A DNA stretch of 38,739 nucleotides from NCBI GenBank assembly GCA_910592345.1, contig CAJVPI010000253.1, positions 1 through 38,739 of the forward strand. The letters are read 5' to 3'. The stretch is from Paraglomus brasilianum. Taxonomy: Eukaryota. The notes below the pieces were generated by a model that did not search any database, had not been told where the DNA came from, and saw only the letters and a list, made by a program, of their open reading frames with translations. Below, one piece after another: positions 1 through 11,882 of the stretch; positions within the stretch are counted from its first letter, which is position 1, and each line of letters begins with the position of its first letter. A program made the translations under genes and the position numbers.

Positions 1-406
1 AAGTGTCACAAACGAAGATCAAAAAGGAAAGAGATCAAATTTTATTGTCAAATATTATTTCATTACGTTCCTTTCATCCTAGAGTTTATAAAATGTTAAA
101 ATAAAAGCCAATGGTTTTCATAAAACAATTTAAGTTACTATACAGCGTGTAACAAAATAAACTTAATTAGCAATTTATTATATGTTTGTCAAAATTGCGC
201 TAATGTAATAATTAATACATTATTAAAGTCGAAAAGATATTTAAAATTTTTCGTTAGAATAATTTTAGAATAATTCGCTATTTTGAGATAATTTGGCATC
301 GAAAAATCATTTTCAGCCATACAGCAGAAAAAAAGGCCTTAAAACGGCTCAAATCCGCCATACAGCAAAAAAAAAAAATAAGTTTAACGAAAAATTGCAA
401 TGTCTA

Positions 407-555
407 GTCTAACGAAAAAGTTGGGACAGAAAATGGCAGAAAACATCTGATTTAGCTGTTAACTCCTATTTTTTTGCTGTCATGTCTAACGAAAAGTTGG
501 GACAGAAAATGACAGAAAACATCTGATTTAGCTGTTTTTTTTGCTGTCAAGTCTA
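407..555. repeat. Imperfect tandem duplication (~75-bp unit)
   Basis: gtctaacgaaaa(a)gttgggacagaaaatg(g/a)cagaaaacatctgatttagctgtt...tttttgctgtca occurs at 407-483 and 484-~555. A shorter gccatacagca(g/a)aaaa pair lies at ~316 and ~357. Confidence 0.9.
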
Positions 556-645
556 CTTTGTTAGCGTAAAATAGCGATCTGTTATTGTTTTTTTGCGGTA
601 CCGCTCAAATAAAATCTAAAACAGCTTATTTGCGTAGCAAAGCCG

Positions 646-918
646 CTACGCGGCTGTGGTACCACTCTCAAAGATAATTAGGGTAATGACGTAGTCTGAA
701 GTTTTGTCACGGAGTCTACGATAATATTGGATAACATAATAACCTCTGATATGTAATGGACATCGACCAAAAGTTGAACCAGTAGGCTTACCACAATCAG
801 TACAAGGTATCCGTTTTTTTTATTTCCAATGAAATCTACATCCCTCAGGTCGAATGCAAGGTCTAGCGCACATTTCTCCGGAATTAAGAATGTAGGAGCA
901 CGAATACTCACCAATCAT
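646..918 (-). pseudogene. Small intronless double zinc-finger protein, premature stop
   Basis: Frame from ATG 918 (not the frame in the ORF track) reads MIGEYSCSYILNSGEMCARPCIRPEGCRFHWK*KKRIPCTDCGKPTGSTFGRCPLHIRGYYVIQYYRRLRDKTS...; it has two Cys/His clusters and an in-frame TAA at 820-822. Confidence 0.75.
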
Positions 919-995
919 TTTTGAATATATGTTAGAAACTATTATTTAAACAAAAGATTTTTTATAAGTATAATATATCGCGACCGTTAGTACAA

Positions 996-1209
996 ATGGC
1001 TATAAAAGAAAAATACTACTTGTGAACGTTGCGGTAAATCATTGTCAACGCCTCAAAAACTCCGTGAACATCGTAGGCGAAAAAATCCATGCAAACCAAT
1101 TGTTTCAGAAAATTTATTCAATGAAGAGTTTCAGCGACTGGCTAATATTACAGGAGATTATGAAAAAAAAAATTTAGTATTTCGCGAGAAAGAATTAGTC
1201 ACCGCGTAA
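996..1209 (+). pseudogene. C2HC-type zinc-finger protein remnant, frameshifted after the ATG
   Basis: From 1012 the frame reads NTTCERCGKSLSTPQKLREHRRRKNPCKPIV...* (stop 1207-1209). ATG 996 is out of frame with it by one base. Confidence 0.7.
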
Positions 1210-1265
1210 TCCTACAAAATCGTTGATCTGCCGATCTTTGTGAAAGATTTTTTTATCCAGTTCGA

Positions 1266-2432
1266 ATGTCCCAAAACGATACTACACGAACTTCGAAGAA
1301 GCGGAAATCACGCGTGAGCTCTTCTGACACCCGTCAGCAATCCAAGCGTCTCGCTAGAAAAGACTCGGTTTTTGCGGAGGCCACGAGTTCAAGTTATAGC
1401 TTGGACGATCTCCCGCCTTCAGCATCAAAGTTTAAGAAACGAGATATAGAGGCGCTTAATATATCGTTTTGCGGAGCTTCAGGCGAAAAGGACGTTATAC
1501 CAGACGTTGAAGGTATGAGCTATATTGTGTCAGCAAGCTTTTGACGAACCTATTATTATTGTTTAAATCTTGTTTAGTTACCAACATTCCAGAAGACTAT
1601 GTTCTCCCTGGTGTTGATGACAAAATTCTCGCAAACCCAAGATTCAATGTTGAAGAGATTGCAGGACTTATGGATGGGGATGTTAAAACTTTCTGTAAAA
1701 AGTTGCACATTGTCTTTAGGAATGGACTCGAGCCAGTAGGAACAAGTGAAACCTACACCGACTCGCTTGTAGACGATTTGCTTCGTATCGTTCATTTGAA
1801 TACCTGGCCTTTAATGATACAGTGAGTATTCGTAGGGAGTCATTATGACAATTATAAAGTTTCAACGATTTTCTAAAGTCATTCCAGAAATCATTTACCA
1901 TGCAAACTAGTCATCGAGAATGAACTATGTGTGTCATCAGACCCCAAATTTGTCGTGAAGAAGCGGGATTTTGGGCTTATAGTTGTAGAAGTACATAGCG
2001 TTTTTTTATCACCTTCTTGTTTTCGCCGACTCACAACTCCCCCCTCCTTTCTTCGAATAGGACAAACATTTGAAAAATCTCAAAAATGCCGGGCAAAGCA
2101 CCAAATTTGGGGAAACCCAGATCGCTATAGAGATTCTTGCTTGCGGCAGTGAGAATGTGCGTTCCCTTGAAGCAGAAGGATATATTGATTAAACACTCTT
2201 GGCTATTCGTGTGATCTCTACATACGTTACTTTTTATAAGGCTGAGATTCCTGCAACGTATTGGACAGAACTTGATGATGGTCTGCCACAAGAACAGTCA
2301 ATTGAGATTCAAAGATGGCCGCCTGACAATGGTTTAACGATTGGTTTTGATCTTTCTGAACCAGTCGGAAGACGATCGGTATTGACAGCACTAGCCAAAA
2401 TTCGCGAGTCACTTTTACGGGAAGATGCATAA
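1266..2432 (+). pseudogene. 4-exon gene for a PD-(D/E)xK (REase-fold)-like protein, single in-frame stop
   Basis: GT-AG exons 1266-1512, 1578-1821, 1888-1990 and 2061-2432 join in phase (322 codons). Motif SDPKFVV...VVEDKH...GETQIAIEILAC. Premature TAA at 2190-2192 (ID*TLLAIRVISTYVTFYKAEIP). Confidence 0.75.
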
Positions 2433-3076
2433 AAAGGGATTTTCATGGTAGGGTTATTTGGGCATGCTAGGGGAGCAGTTATAGCTTGTCGGACAATTTA
2501 CTATAACAAAGTAATCCATTTTCGCTCTTAATTCTTTTATGCAACTTATTATTATCTTGATGTGATGGGCTATGGGGTATAATTCGTCCGTTGATTAATT
2601 TTCCGTTGAACTCACTAATTACAGAGATCAAATAGCCTGAAGGGTATTTTTGTATCAAGTCGCTTTACAAATTTATGAGTCTTTAGACTCATCCCTGCAA
2701 ATAAAGAATATGAGATCTCTAGCAATTCAACAAAAAAAAAGTTGTCTATCCAATATTTCTGGCACATAGAGCATGGGACTAGGGATAATCCGTTTCTTCG
2801 GAACAAAAATTGGAGACATAATTATGTTTACTACGCTACATCCCGCTGACGTCGCGAGAAGCGGAGCTTCGAGGCTCTGCCTCTCTCGAAATCACAATCC
2901 GGGCATTCTGGCAGACAGTAGTAGTAAAGTCTACTTTTCATTAGATTTTATTTGTAATATAACGCAAATATAAAACCATATTGGCTTGTGAGGAGCGATT
3001 TCTTTGAGCCATATAGTTGCTATTTATGCGAATTCCGGATCACGTATTAGATTTTTAATTATATGATGTAACAGCA

Positions 3077-4653
3077 TTAGAAGTGCGATACTTTATCTTT
3101 CACAGTTACTATTGGAACTCCCCTATGATAAGATTGCCAGCATGCAAGTCGATAGGTTTTTTCACCGAAATATTCGCCATCACCCCCACCGGCCTTGTAT
3201 ATTCTCGTTTTTATGCTCTTTATTGCATGCCGGGCATATTCCTGAACATGCAAAATTGTCGTCGTATTTATCGCTGTGTCTAAAATATAAGTGAGGAAAT
3301 CGCTCCAGCACCATTTTAGTAACGTGAACTCGTTTTTCTTCTGGGTCATGGAATTTTTTCGCGGATTCAATGGATATAGATGAGTCGGAGATTCGAGACT
3401 TTGTCTACATTGTTCTGCGAGTCAGTAAATACATTTTCCCGGATTTCTGGTGAAACCTTTTCAGGCAATACACTTACCTCAGTTTCCGTTAAGATTTGAA
3501 ATGCGGGTGGTACACTAACTTTGGGATTTATCTCTGAAGATGACTCGCAGAGCGAGGGTCCTTTCGGAATGGCACCACAGCCTGAGTCAGAAGTCCGATC
3601 GTTAACATTGTTAATGATTTTTGAAATTACATAATCTATAATGTATTGAATTTGAGGATTAGTCAGTCTTGAAATACTGTCGGCACTGCAGGTAATCCAA
3701 TTAACCATATGCCATCCTATACCATTAATCTTTTTCAGTTATGGTACGGAATCATATTCACATCCAAATGATCTTTCTAGCCTTACATGTCATTACACGT
3801 AAATACCCATCAGAAATACCTGTAAGGTATGGCTTCATTTCATTATAAACCCTATTTCTTGCAAACTTATCAGTGAGGTTGTTATCTTGGGTTCTAAGCT
3901 CTATAATTTTATCTTCATATCTTTCAGAATAACGACCCCAAGATAAAATTTCTTTGCGTTTTGCATTGACCGAATTTTCCCTTGCATTACTTGCCTGATA
4001 AAATAAATGAGCAAGCTTCTGGAGGCTTATTGATACGGACGTAGGACTGGAGAGTTTTATAGATTCACAAAGTTGAGTATTTTTATATGAAGAGAATTCC
4101 CGTAACAAATCTTGAACGAATTGATTTACTAAGGTAAAATTCGTAGTATTTTCCCGGACTTGTTTCGGTTTTGTCACATTACTGATCTTCTTCTTAAGTT
4201 TCGAATCCGGGGATTTATTTTCGCAAAGCGACTCACGTCACCTGAACTTTATATCTTTCCAACAGTTTAGACTTAGGCGAACATGTATTTATGTCAGAAT
4301 TTTCTGGGTGCAAAGCAGATATATTTTTGGTATTGTTTTGCAACTGTTTCTGTTCCAACGTCGCAACTCTGGATCTTAGCTCAACGTTTTCTTTTGCTGA
4401 TCGTAATTCTGGCATTGAGTTCAGCATCTCTCAACTTCGCATTCTCAGCATTTTTTCCCGCGGATTGTTCTAATTCCACGATTTTAGCCATAAGCTCCGC
4501 TTCCTTAGTCAAGTGTTCAGCATTTTTCTTAATGAGCAATTCCCTCTCCCTTCTAAGTTCAGTAACCTCAGCTATAAGCTTAGAATTCTCCTCTTCTAGG
4601 CGCAGAGCGCTCTGCAAAGCAGATAAGTTGATTTTAGGTTGTGTGTTTACCAT
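3077..4653 (-). pseudogene. Intronless coiled-coil + helical + C-terminal zinc-ribbon protein, multiple frameshifts (expanded AMF-type family)
   Basis: ORF pieces 4381-4701, 4233-4427, 3758-4177, 3367-3708 and 3077-3370 read as one collinear protein. It has N-terminal heptads, then EILSWGRYSERYEDK...ARNRVYNEMKPYL...KARKI | FGCEYDSVP*LKKINGIGWHMVN, then a C-terminal CPACNKEH in the alternative frame. Confidence 0.75.
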
Positions 4654-5545
4654 TATTTTTATATGAAATATAGATATGTTCAAAAGTTCATTATTTAGCA
4701 TAGTAAATTTCGTGGCTAAGTCCGCTGGCGAACTCCTTGGGCTTCTATGATAACCTGATCCAGAGATCAGATCACGTGAATTGGATGCAGCTAACTTCCT
4801 CGGCTAACTCCCTCAGCTGACTTCTTCAGCTCTTGAATTAATTATTTTTCTTTGGAAGAAAGTTTATCCATTTGGATATGAAATGACAATGTGTCGCCTG
4901 ATGACGCGAATGCAAATCGCGCGAATGATGATGCGCAAGTAAATTGCAAAAAAAAAATTTTTTTAATGATTATTTTATTTTATTTACATTTTTTATTAAA
5001 ATTTTAATTATATTTATCATTATATTAAAAATACGTATTGATTTATTTTGTACAATTATTATGATAAACAAATGCTTTAGGTGTTTGTTTAGAATATCAA
5101 AGTAGCTGGGGCAAGTTATAAAGCTCTTTAGCTTATCAAAAACCTCTATCAAGCCAAGGGGAAGGTGTTCGGTCGAAACTGTTGAAATTGGGCAATCCGA
5201 ATGTACTAGCAACTGTGCAAAATACTGTATATCCGCATAAAATATATGAATGCCTTTTTTTTTTTGTCTCAGTGCTTGCGGAGATCTTCAATAATACATA
5301 GGAATTATGTTTAATAACGAATGGATGTAGTCGCTCTCTCGGTGGATATGCTTATTCAGATGAAAGGTGCTGATTCTATAACGCATTTAATCGCTGTATT
5401 TACAGCATCTATTGATGCCATTAATCAAGTATTTTCTACGAGAGCATTTTGAAATGGAACAACGGTATGGTTGAAATAGTGATTGAATCCGATCGAGTCT
5501 TTAAAAATAATTTGTTAAATTGTTTTGTAATTACAAAAAAAAATA

Positions 5546-6368
5546 TTAAAAGAAATTGAGCAAATCTGTTGCAAATTTTCCAATAAGAAAAAGAATAGTT
5601 GATATCTTTCCACCACCAGATCTAGTAATTCCACTCCATTGGTCATTAACTAAAGCAAGTAAAACATATGATCCTATAGCATGTAAACATGTTATAAGGT
5701 ATATCGTTGCTATCGTAAGGGATACTTTACCCCCACAGAAGCATGTACAAAAGAAGCACATTATTAGAAAAACTGGTATTATATATATTGAAATACAGAA
5801 TTTTATAATAAAAGCCCTATTTTCTACTGTGTCTTCTAATATATGAACAAATAATCCTGTCATACCTATCCACCCAATAAGTGATAATAAAATTACTGAT
5901 AATGCACCAAAGAACATGTAAAAACAATTTTTTCCAAATTTTTCTGTATCTTCCATGATATTTTTGATACCATTGTTAAACATACTGAAGCCCCATGAAA
6001 CTAGGTGTCCGAGTGCGACAAGTAGAATTGCCCAGTTTCCATGACATTTAACACATGTATGAATAACCGGTCCTACAGTGATAACACTCAAAAAAACCAC
6101 CACAAATAGGTTCTTTGATTCATACGGACTATCATCATCTTTACGCATTTTACACCGCAATAATGAAGTAATACCAAGATTAATATTCATAAGTTTTAAA
6201 AAGATTGTTAGAGTTGAAAATGACCAAGAAACTATTCCAAGAATTCCATATGGCAAGCCATAGCAAGACGCATCATCTTTTAATTCACCTAAAAAGATAA
6301 AAGTTTTTAATTAGCTAAATAAGTGTTAAAATAATTTTTTATAATTATTGATCAAACTTACCAGACAT
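5546..6368 (-). CDS. Multi-pass membrane hypothetical protein (~249 aa, 2 exons)
   Basis: Exon 1 (6362-6368, ATGTCTG|gtaagt) and exon 2 (5546-6288) give MSGELKDDASCYGLPYGILGIVSW...; about 6-7 hydrophobic segments and an open frame. Confidence 0.8.
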
Positions 6369-6539
6369 ATTGTTCAGAGATGGTTTTTTTAATTAAGAGA
6401 ATAAGTAATATCTTCTTCAGTGATGGTTAGCGAAAGTGCCAAGGCGACTTTTAATTGCTCGTCTTCGGAGAACGGGTGGAAAATGCGACAAATTTATAAC
6501 AAAAATTCAATGCATGCAGTGAGACGTTATGCATAAGTA

Positions 6540-7228
6540 CAAGTGCGTCTCGATATAACGACACTGCTATATAACGACATCTCGTTATACTGACAAAAAC
6601 CTGGAACAAAAAATCTATATAATGAAATTTATTCGATGTAACGACATTATATATAAATTTTCGTTATAACGGTATAACGACATTTTTTGGGAAAGGCTTA
6701 TTGGACAAATCTTAATAAAGTATCGGGATATACCGACATTTAATATAACGACAGTCGTTGGACGCAAATTTGAGTGACACACATCTCCTTTTTTGTTTAT
6801 TAAGCTCCCATTTTAAGTTTTCATTAATATTAATACAATACTTATCTCGTTCGTTTGCTTAATCATAAGAATTAATTCTTAATGACATTAACAAAGCAGA
6901 AAAGGTAAGCAGAAAATCTATCATTTTAAAGGCTTATATTCAACAACAAAGCGAATTGAACCTTCCTAAACGAGTTAACTAGTTTTTAGCAGTGCAAGAA
7001 ATAAACTCAAAAAAAAAACCCCCCCCGAAGATTGATAGATTTTTTTAATCCTTGTAATGACGCTCAAATTTATCCAATAAAATTGATTTTTTTTTGTATA
7101 ACGACAATTGGTTGAACTTGCTTTGTTGTCGTTATAAAGTTAAGGTCTCGATATAAGGGCATTTTAATTTTTGATATAACGACCATTTAGGTTGGAACCG
7201 AGCGTGTCGTTATATCGAGACGCACTTA
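6540..7228 (+). mobile_element. Non-autonomous pogo/Tigger-like (Tc1/mariner superfamily) DNA transposon, family A
   Basis: 25-bp TIRs CAAGTGCGTCTCGATATAACGACAC (6540-6564 / 7204-7228, 1 mismatch), TA on both flanks, repeated internal TATAACGAC sites, and a residual C-terminus ...KKKPPPKIDRFF* near 7000-7048. Confidence 0.9.
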
Positions 7229-7774
7229 TACTACTACGCATCCAAGTAAGGGTACCCACGTAACAACAATGGGGAAATGCGATTTTAATTTAATAACAGG
7301 GCGATCCTCGATTTGGTGTTTCGACTAGTCGTTTCGTCACTTGTATCTCTGAACTAACTAATAACTAATTCTAATTCGATCTGAAATAAACAAAATAATC
7401 GCCCTTGCATCGTCTTCGGCTTGTGCTCTGCTGTGTTGTAAAAATACAAGCACGTTTTTTCAGGCGCCCAACGATCAGAGGTAGGTAGGTACTCGAACTG
7501 GATCTCATGTCTGATTCGCATTCACATAATAATAACGCAGCCATTTTGCAATTTTGTTCGCCGCTGATAGTTTCATCCAGCCGACTATGCCATTTAGCAA
7601 CAGGCCTGGATTTCGCATCCGTTGATGTGGGCTGTGCGGGAATTCCACTTTGCTTTGGTTGACTTATATGTAGAGCGAAAATCAACAAGTTTTCACGACA
7701 CCAAATGAGGCCGAGGAGAATGCTTAGTAAGTCAGTGATGTCATTATGTCATGTGATATTGCAATAGTCGACAG

Positions 7775-7870
7775 TGCATTATCGTCTGCATAGTATTTTA
7801 CGTTCGTCGATGTCGATGATAATGCACTATCGTCTGTATATCCGTTTACGTTCGTCGATGTCGATGATAA
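7775..7870. repeat. Tandem duplication, 2 x 48 bp
   Basis: tgca(t/c)tatcgtctg...tttacgttcgtcgatgtcgatgataa at 7775-7822 and 7823-7870. Confidence 0.9.
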
Positions 7871-8116
7871 TCGTCTACTTCTGTCGCCAACGTTTGAGTG
7901 TCGCCGAGTAGAATAACAGAAACGTTAGTATTAGGTTATTTGTTTTATTGTTACTGTAAGATTACACGTTGGCACAAAATCGAGTTTTTGTACAAATTGA
8001 ACAAATCAAGTTTGTGAAATGCTATAATAATAACGGACTGGTTAATATAAAATTCCTACCAAGACACAGCGACACTATTGCAGAAACGTAAATGCGAAGT
8101 ATAAGAAAGGCCAGAA

Positions 8117-8320
8117 TGAGAAATCAAAGAGTGAGAGAGTGAGAAATCAAAGAGTGAGAGAGTGAGAAAGTAATTGTGAAATAGCAAAGAGAAAGAGGTA
8201 AGCAAAAGAGAGTGGTAAGCAAGCGAGAGACTGAAAGTATGACTGAAAGAAGTGAGAGAATGATTGAAAGGCACGAAAGAGTGAGAACTTAAGGGAGCAA
8301 TTGAAAGAATGCGAGAGAGA
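8117..8320. repeat. Purine-rich (GA) low-complexity tract with a 23-bp tandem unit
   Basis: tgagaaatcaaagagtgagagag x2 (8117-8162), followed by degenerate GA-rich units. Confidence 0.8.
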
Positions 8321-8928
8321 AGTGGTTTCGACGGCGATAAAGCACATATTAATATGTGAATGCCTTCCTTCCGATTGGTTTTTCAAGACTCGACTGTATT
8401 TTTATGTTATGGAATAAAAAAAATAACATCAAATGATCATCCATGTAATTATAATGATTACAATAATGAAAATGTTACGTACGAAAATTTGCATTGCAAC
8501 AAAATTGGTTTATATTTCATATATACGATGGACAAAAGCATGGAAAACCGCAGGAATAAGGTAAAATGACACTATAATTTTTTTGAAAGCATTGTATAAA
8601 GCGCAGACGTTTCAAAAATGAATACAAACATCAAGCATTAGTTAGAAGAAGTAAAAAAAATTTTGAACGAAATGAAACAAATTAATTAAACAGGAAAATA
8701 TAGAGCAAAGATAAAAAATTTTTTGTTTAAAAAGAATATGGATACGGAGGCGAAAATTGAGAGCCCGTTCAAGTTCAAGTCCAAGTTCAAGTCCTAGTTC
8801 TAGAACTAGATCTATACCGGACTTTGCACATAGCAAAATACGAAATATAATTAGCGCCTTTCCTAAAGCATGACAGCTCAGTGTACAAAAAAATAATAAA
8901 CAGATCTTAGTCTTTTATGGAAAAGGTA

Positions 8929-9643
8929 CAGTAGAACATGAATATATTTATAACGTCGGGACCAGAGGCTTTATAAATATATACAGGTTATAAGTTTATA
9001 AAAGTTTTAATTGAAAATTACGTGTTATTTATTTGACCAACCAGAACGTATTATTATATTAAAAAAGACATACAGTATGCTATCACTGCTTTTCTGCGAG
9101 GGTAATAAAGTCCTTTGTTATATTATTATATGTGTTCCTTTGATGCTCAGTTAAGTCTATTATACATGTGGCTGCGATGGTCGATAATACATTGATGAAT
9201 TTTTTGATGATGAAGAATTTATTCAGCAATCCATAGATCAACAAGAACCTTTGAACGAGAATCTGGATGAGCAGGATGATAGCAATCCCCGGCTTAACGT
9301 ATCAATTAAAGAAATGAAGGATAGTTTGTATTTAGTAGAACCATTCTGGCTTCAACAAACGGAAAATCAGACTTTTTGAATGTTGTATCTAAAATGAAAA
9401 ATGGAGTGCGATTTATAGAGCTTCAAAATCTACGACAAACAAATTTGTTAGAATTTTTTAGGGGTTGAAAATTCACCAATCAGATTTAGCAATTAAGCGA
9501 ATCTGATTAGTCATATAAGTTTATGCGTCAAACGGGATTTAAAATTTTATAAGTTATAACCCTAAGCCCCGACTCGGGACCAGAAAATTTAATAAATATA
9601 AGGTTATAATTTTATTCAGTATAATTATATACAGGTTCTACTG
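8929..9643 (+). mobile_element. Non-autonomous pogo/Tigger-like DNA transposon, family B
   Basis: TIRs CAGTAGAACATGAATATA / TATATACAGGTTCTACTG, TA at 8927-8928 and 9644-9645, subterminal tcgggaccaga repeats, and an acidic transposase tail remnant ending LQNLRQTNLLEFFRG* (PIP-box-like). Confidence 0.88.
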
Positions 9644-9707
9644 TAGATTGTCCGACTACAAGTATAAGGGTGCTAAAAATGATCGGCAAATGATCGACAA
9701 AAAACCT

Positions 9708-11438
9708 TCATTTTTCCCCTATGTTTGCACCATTTGCACTATTTGCACTACTACCGACCCCAATGATGTCTACGTTCACAACGTATTCTTTTAAAAACGA
9801 CTCCAATGCAATCTGTCTTTTTCCTATTTCTACAATTTTCGCGTCGGTCGAAAGATCGTTTGGTAAGGAGCCTGTGAATAGACTATTGTACTCTAGTCCG
9901 TCGTAAAGGCGAGATCTAACTTTGTTGCGACAACACGGCAGATTTTGGGTCAGACCCCATGGCTTCATTGAATTTGCGCCTGTAAAGAAAAGAAGTTTGA
10001 ACGATATAGTATGTAACAAAATACGTATGCTTGACAGAAAGAAAGAGCATTATCAAGGGAGGGGAAAAAATCTGTTCACATACCGAATAAGCATATGTAG
10101 ATAGCCAGTGCAACAGAGTGCATACCACCCACAGCGCTAAGTATATCAATTATTGACAAATTGCTAGTATTAAGGAATAACATAAATTAGCAAACAGATG
10201 TTCAATAACATTAACAACGGTTTCCATTTTATGGAGCCCATGTATACTCACGAGATTTCAGTTTCTGTTATGACTATATAGGATTTAGGGCCTATGTTTA
10301 TCGTTGCGTAAACTGTGTTGCTGTTGCTGGGGTATGGCACTAGAAGCAAAATGTTTGATTTATATGTAGTTTTTCATTAAAAGCAAATGTTATTCTAGCT
10401 ACCAAGTTCGCCGTCTATCAATGGTAGACGTGCATGTTGGCCGTTTCCAGAAAGTACGTTTCTAGCACTTTGAATAAGTGGGTTGGATATTCTGCGTTCG
10501 TAATTGTATGAGTACGACTAATTACGTGTGGAGTTGTTATCATTAGCATATTGTGGAACTGAAGATCTAATATACTGTATGTTCATTGATTGACACATGT
10601 GAGAATCCGTTTACCTGGTTACTAGAAAGGGTAAAATAGTTATCCTCGTATATTGTAGCCCAGTAACTAGAAATATCCTTTAGATTCTTGGATTTTGCCG
10701 AATTATAATCAGACAACGCCTCTAAGAGTTTTAGATCGGAATTTTTTTTGTTGGTTTCGCTCATGTAACTTGTGCGAAATACATTAGCTGTATACGTACC
10801 TTTGTCAATAGTCCACATAACCAGATTAGCATCACTGCCGCTAGTAAAATTTTGATCCACTATAGTGACAGTAAACACGACGCTGATTATCTCATCGTTT
10901 GTTTTGTTGAAAGGGTCAACAAATTCCAAGTCATATGCATCGAACTTCTTAGAGAAATCGAACTCAGTGGTTTGGCTGACATATTGACTACAATTACGAT
11001 CCGCTAAAATATCAATTGACAGACATACCGCGCGTGTATCAATATTGGTTAATTAGCGAATGGCAAATAAAATCATTGTTATCGTTGTGTTTATACATAC
11101 GAGTATCTCCAAAAAAAGATGTCGCACAGCTGACAGTGTAGGAAAAGTCAGAAGAAAAGTAGACGACTAGAAAAGATAATGGTAATCAATATTAATTCAA
11201 AATAAGGTTTAAATCGTTTGCAGAAATGTCGCTTACTTGGAGGAGGAATAGTGGCTTTATATTCTTTCTGATATGTTAGTGTCCTTTCATCTTTATGCAG
11301 TTTATATACTTTCCAAACAAAAAAAATTGCTACACCTATGTAACAAAGCAAGAAAAGTAGCACGCTAAACGTTCTGAGGGTAGGGGGGTCAGAACGACGT
11401 AAAGGAAATTTCTTAGTAAAATTTTTTATTGATTGCAT
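9708..11438 (-). CDS. Two-TM membrane protein with large extracellular loop (~403 aa, 7 exons), GxxxxxPWG family
   Basis: Exons 11237-11438, 11101-11166, 10615-11003, 10403-10517, 10252-10339, 10084-10163 and 9708-9979 are all GT-AG and in phase. TM1 is near the N-terminus; TM2 region is IIDILSAVGGMHSVALAIYICLFG, then GANSMKPWGLTQ and LESFLKEYVVNVD. Confidence 0.85.
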
Positions 11439-11743
11439 TATAGTGGCAGACTCTTTTGCTATGCAACGAGTGAGTTGACTATCCGGAGGTATTTATACAG
11501 TAATGTGCAAAAGAAAACCGACAATGTTTTTATCACAAGATTAATAGTGTAACTTCGACAGGGCATACAAACGGCTGCTGAACAGTCTATTTATAAGTCT
11601 ATTTAAATGATCAAAAAAAAAAAAACAAAAACGGTTATGTGTGGGCAACGGCGTAGTGGGTACTCAAAAGTCTCCGACCACCCTTTAAAATTTTCGTGAA
11701 CCACTGGTAACTTTAATTTTTTTTCTTGGCATCAGCCTATTTC

Positions 11744-11882
11744 GGAATTTACCTGCCATGTCGCACAACCTGCCAGGTCGTGCAGGCTCCCTTAATTGGA
11801 CACTCAGATGGATTTTCCTCCATAAATAGAAATATTATGACTGTACGACGTGTCGATTTGTGCGACCTGGCAGGTAAATTCC
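11744..11882. mobile_element. MITE-like element, copy 1
   Basis: 25-bp TIR GGAATTTACCTGCCATGTCGCACAA ... TTGTGCGACCTGGCAGGTAAATTCC (1 mismatch); no coding capacity; second copy ~575 bp downstream. Confidence 0.8.

Noticed and set aside
678..914. ORF-track protein MVSIRAPTF...
   Set aside because: Shadow frame; the overlapping frame from ATG 918 carries the coherent zinc-finger pattern.
2615..2819. Minus-strand MSPIF...PMLYVPEILDR, resembling an F-box start
   Set aside because: Too short and immediately disrupted to support a call.
7371..7688. 105-aa ORF
   Set aside because: Non-ATG start, no recognisable motif or splice structure.
7775..7870. CRISPR-like reading of short direct repeats (also 407-555 and 14840-15032)
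   Set aside because: Only two units each, no unique spacers, no cas genes, eukaryotic context.
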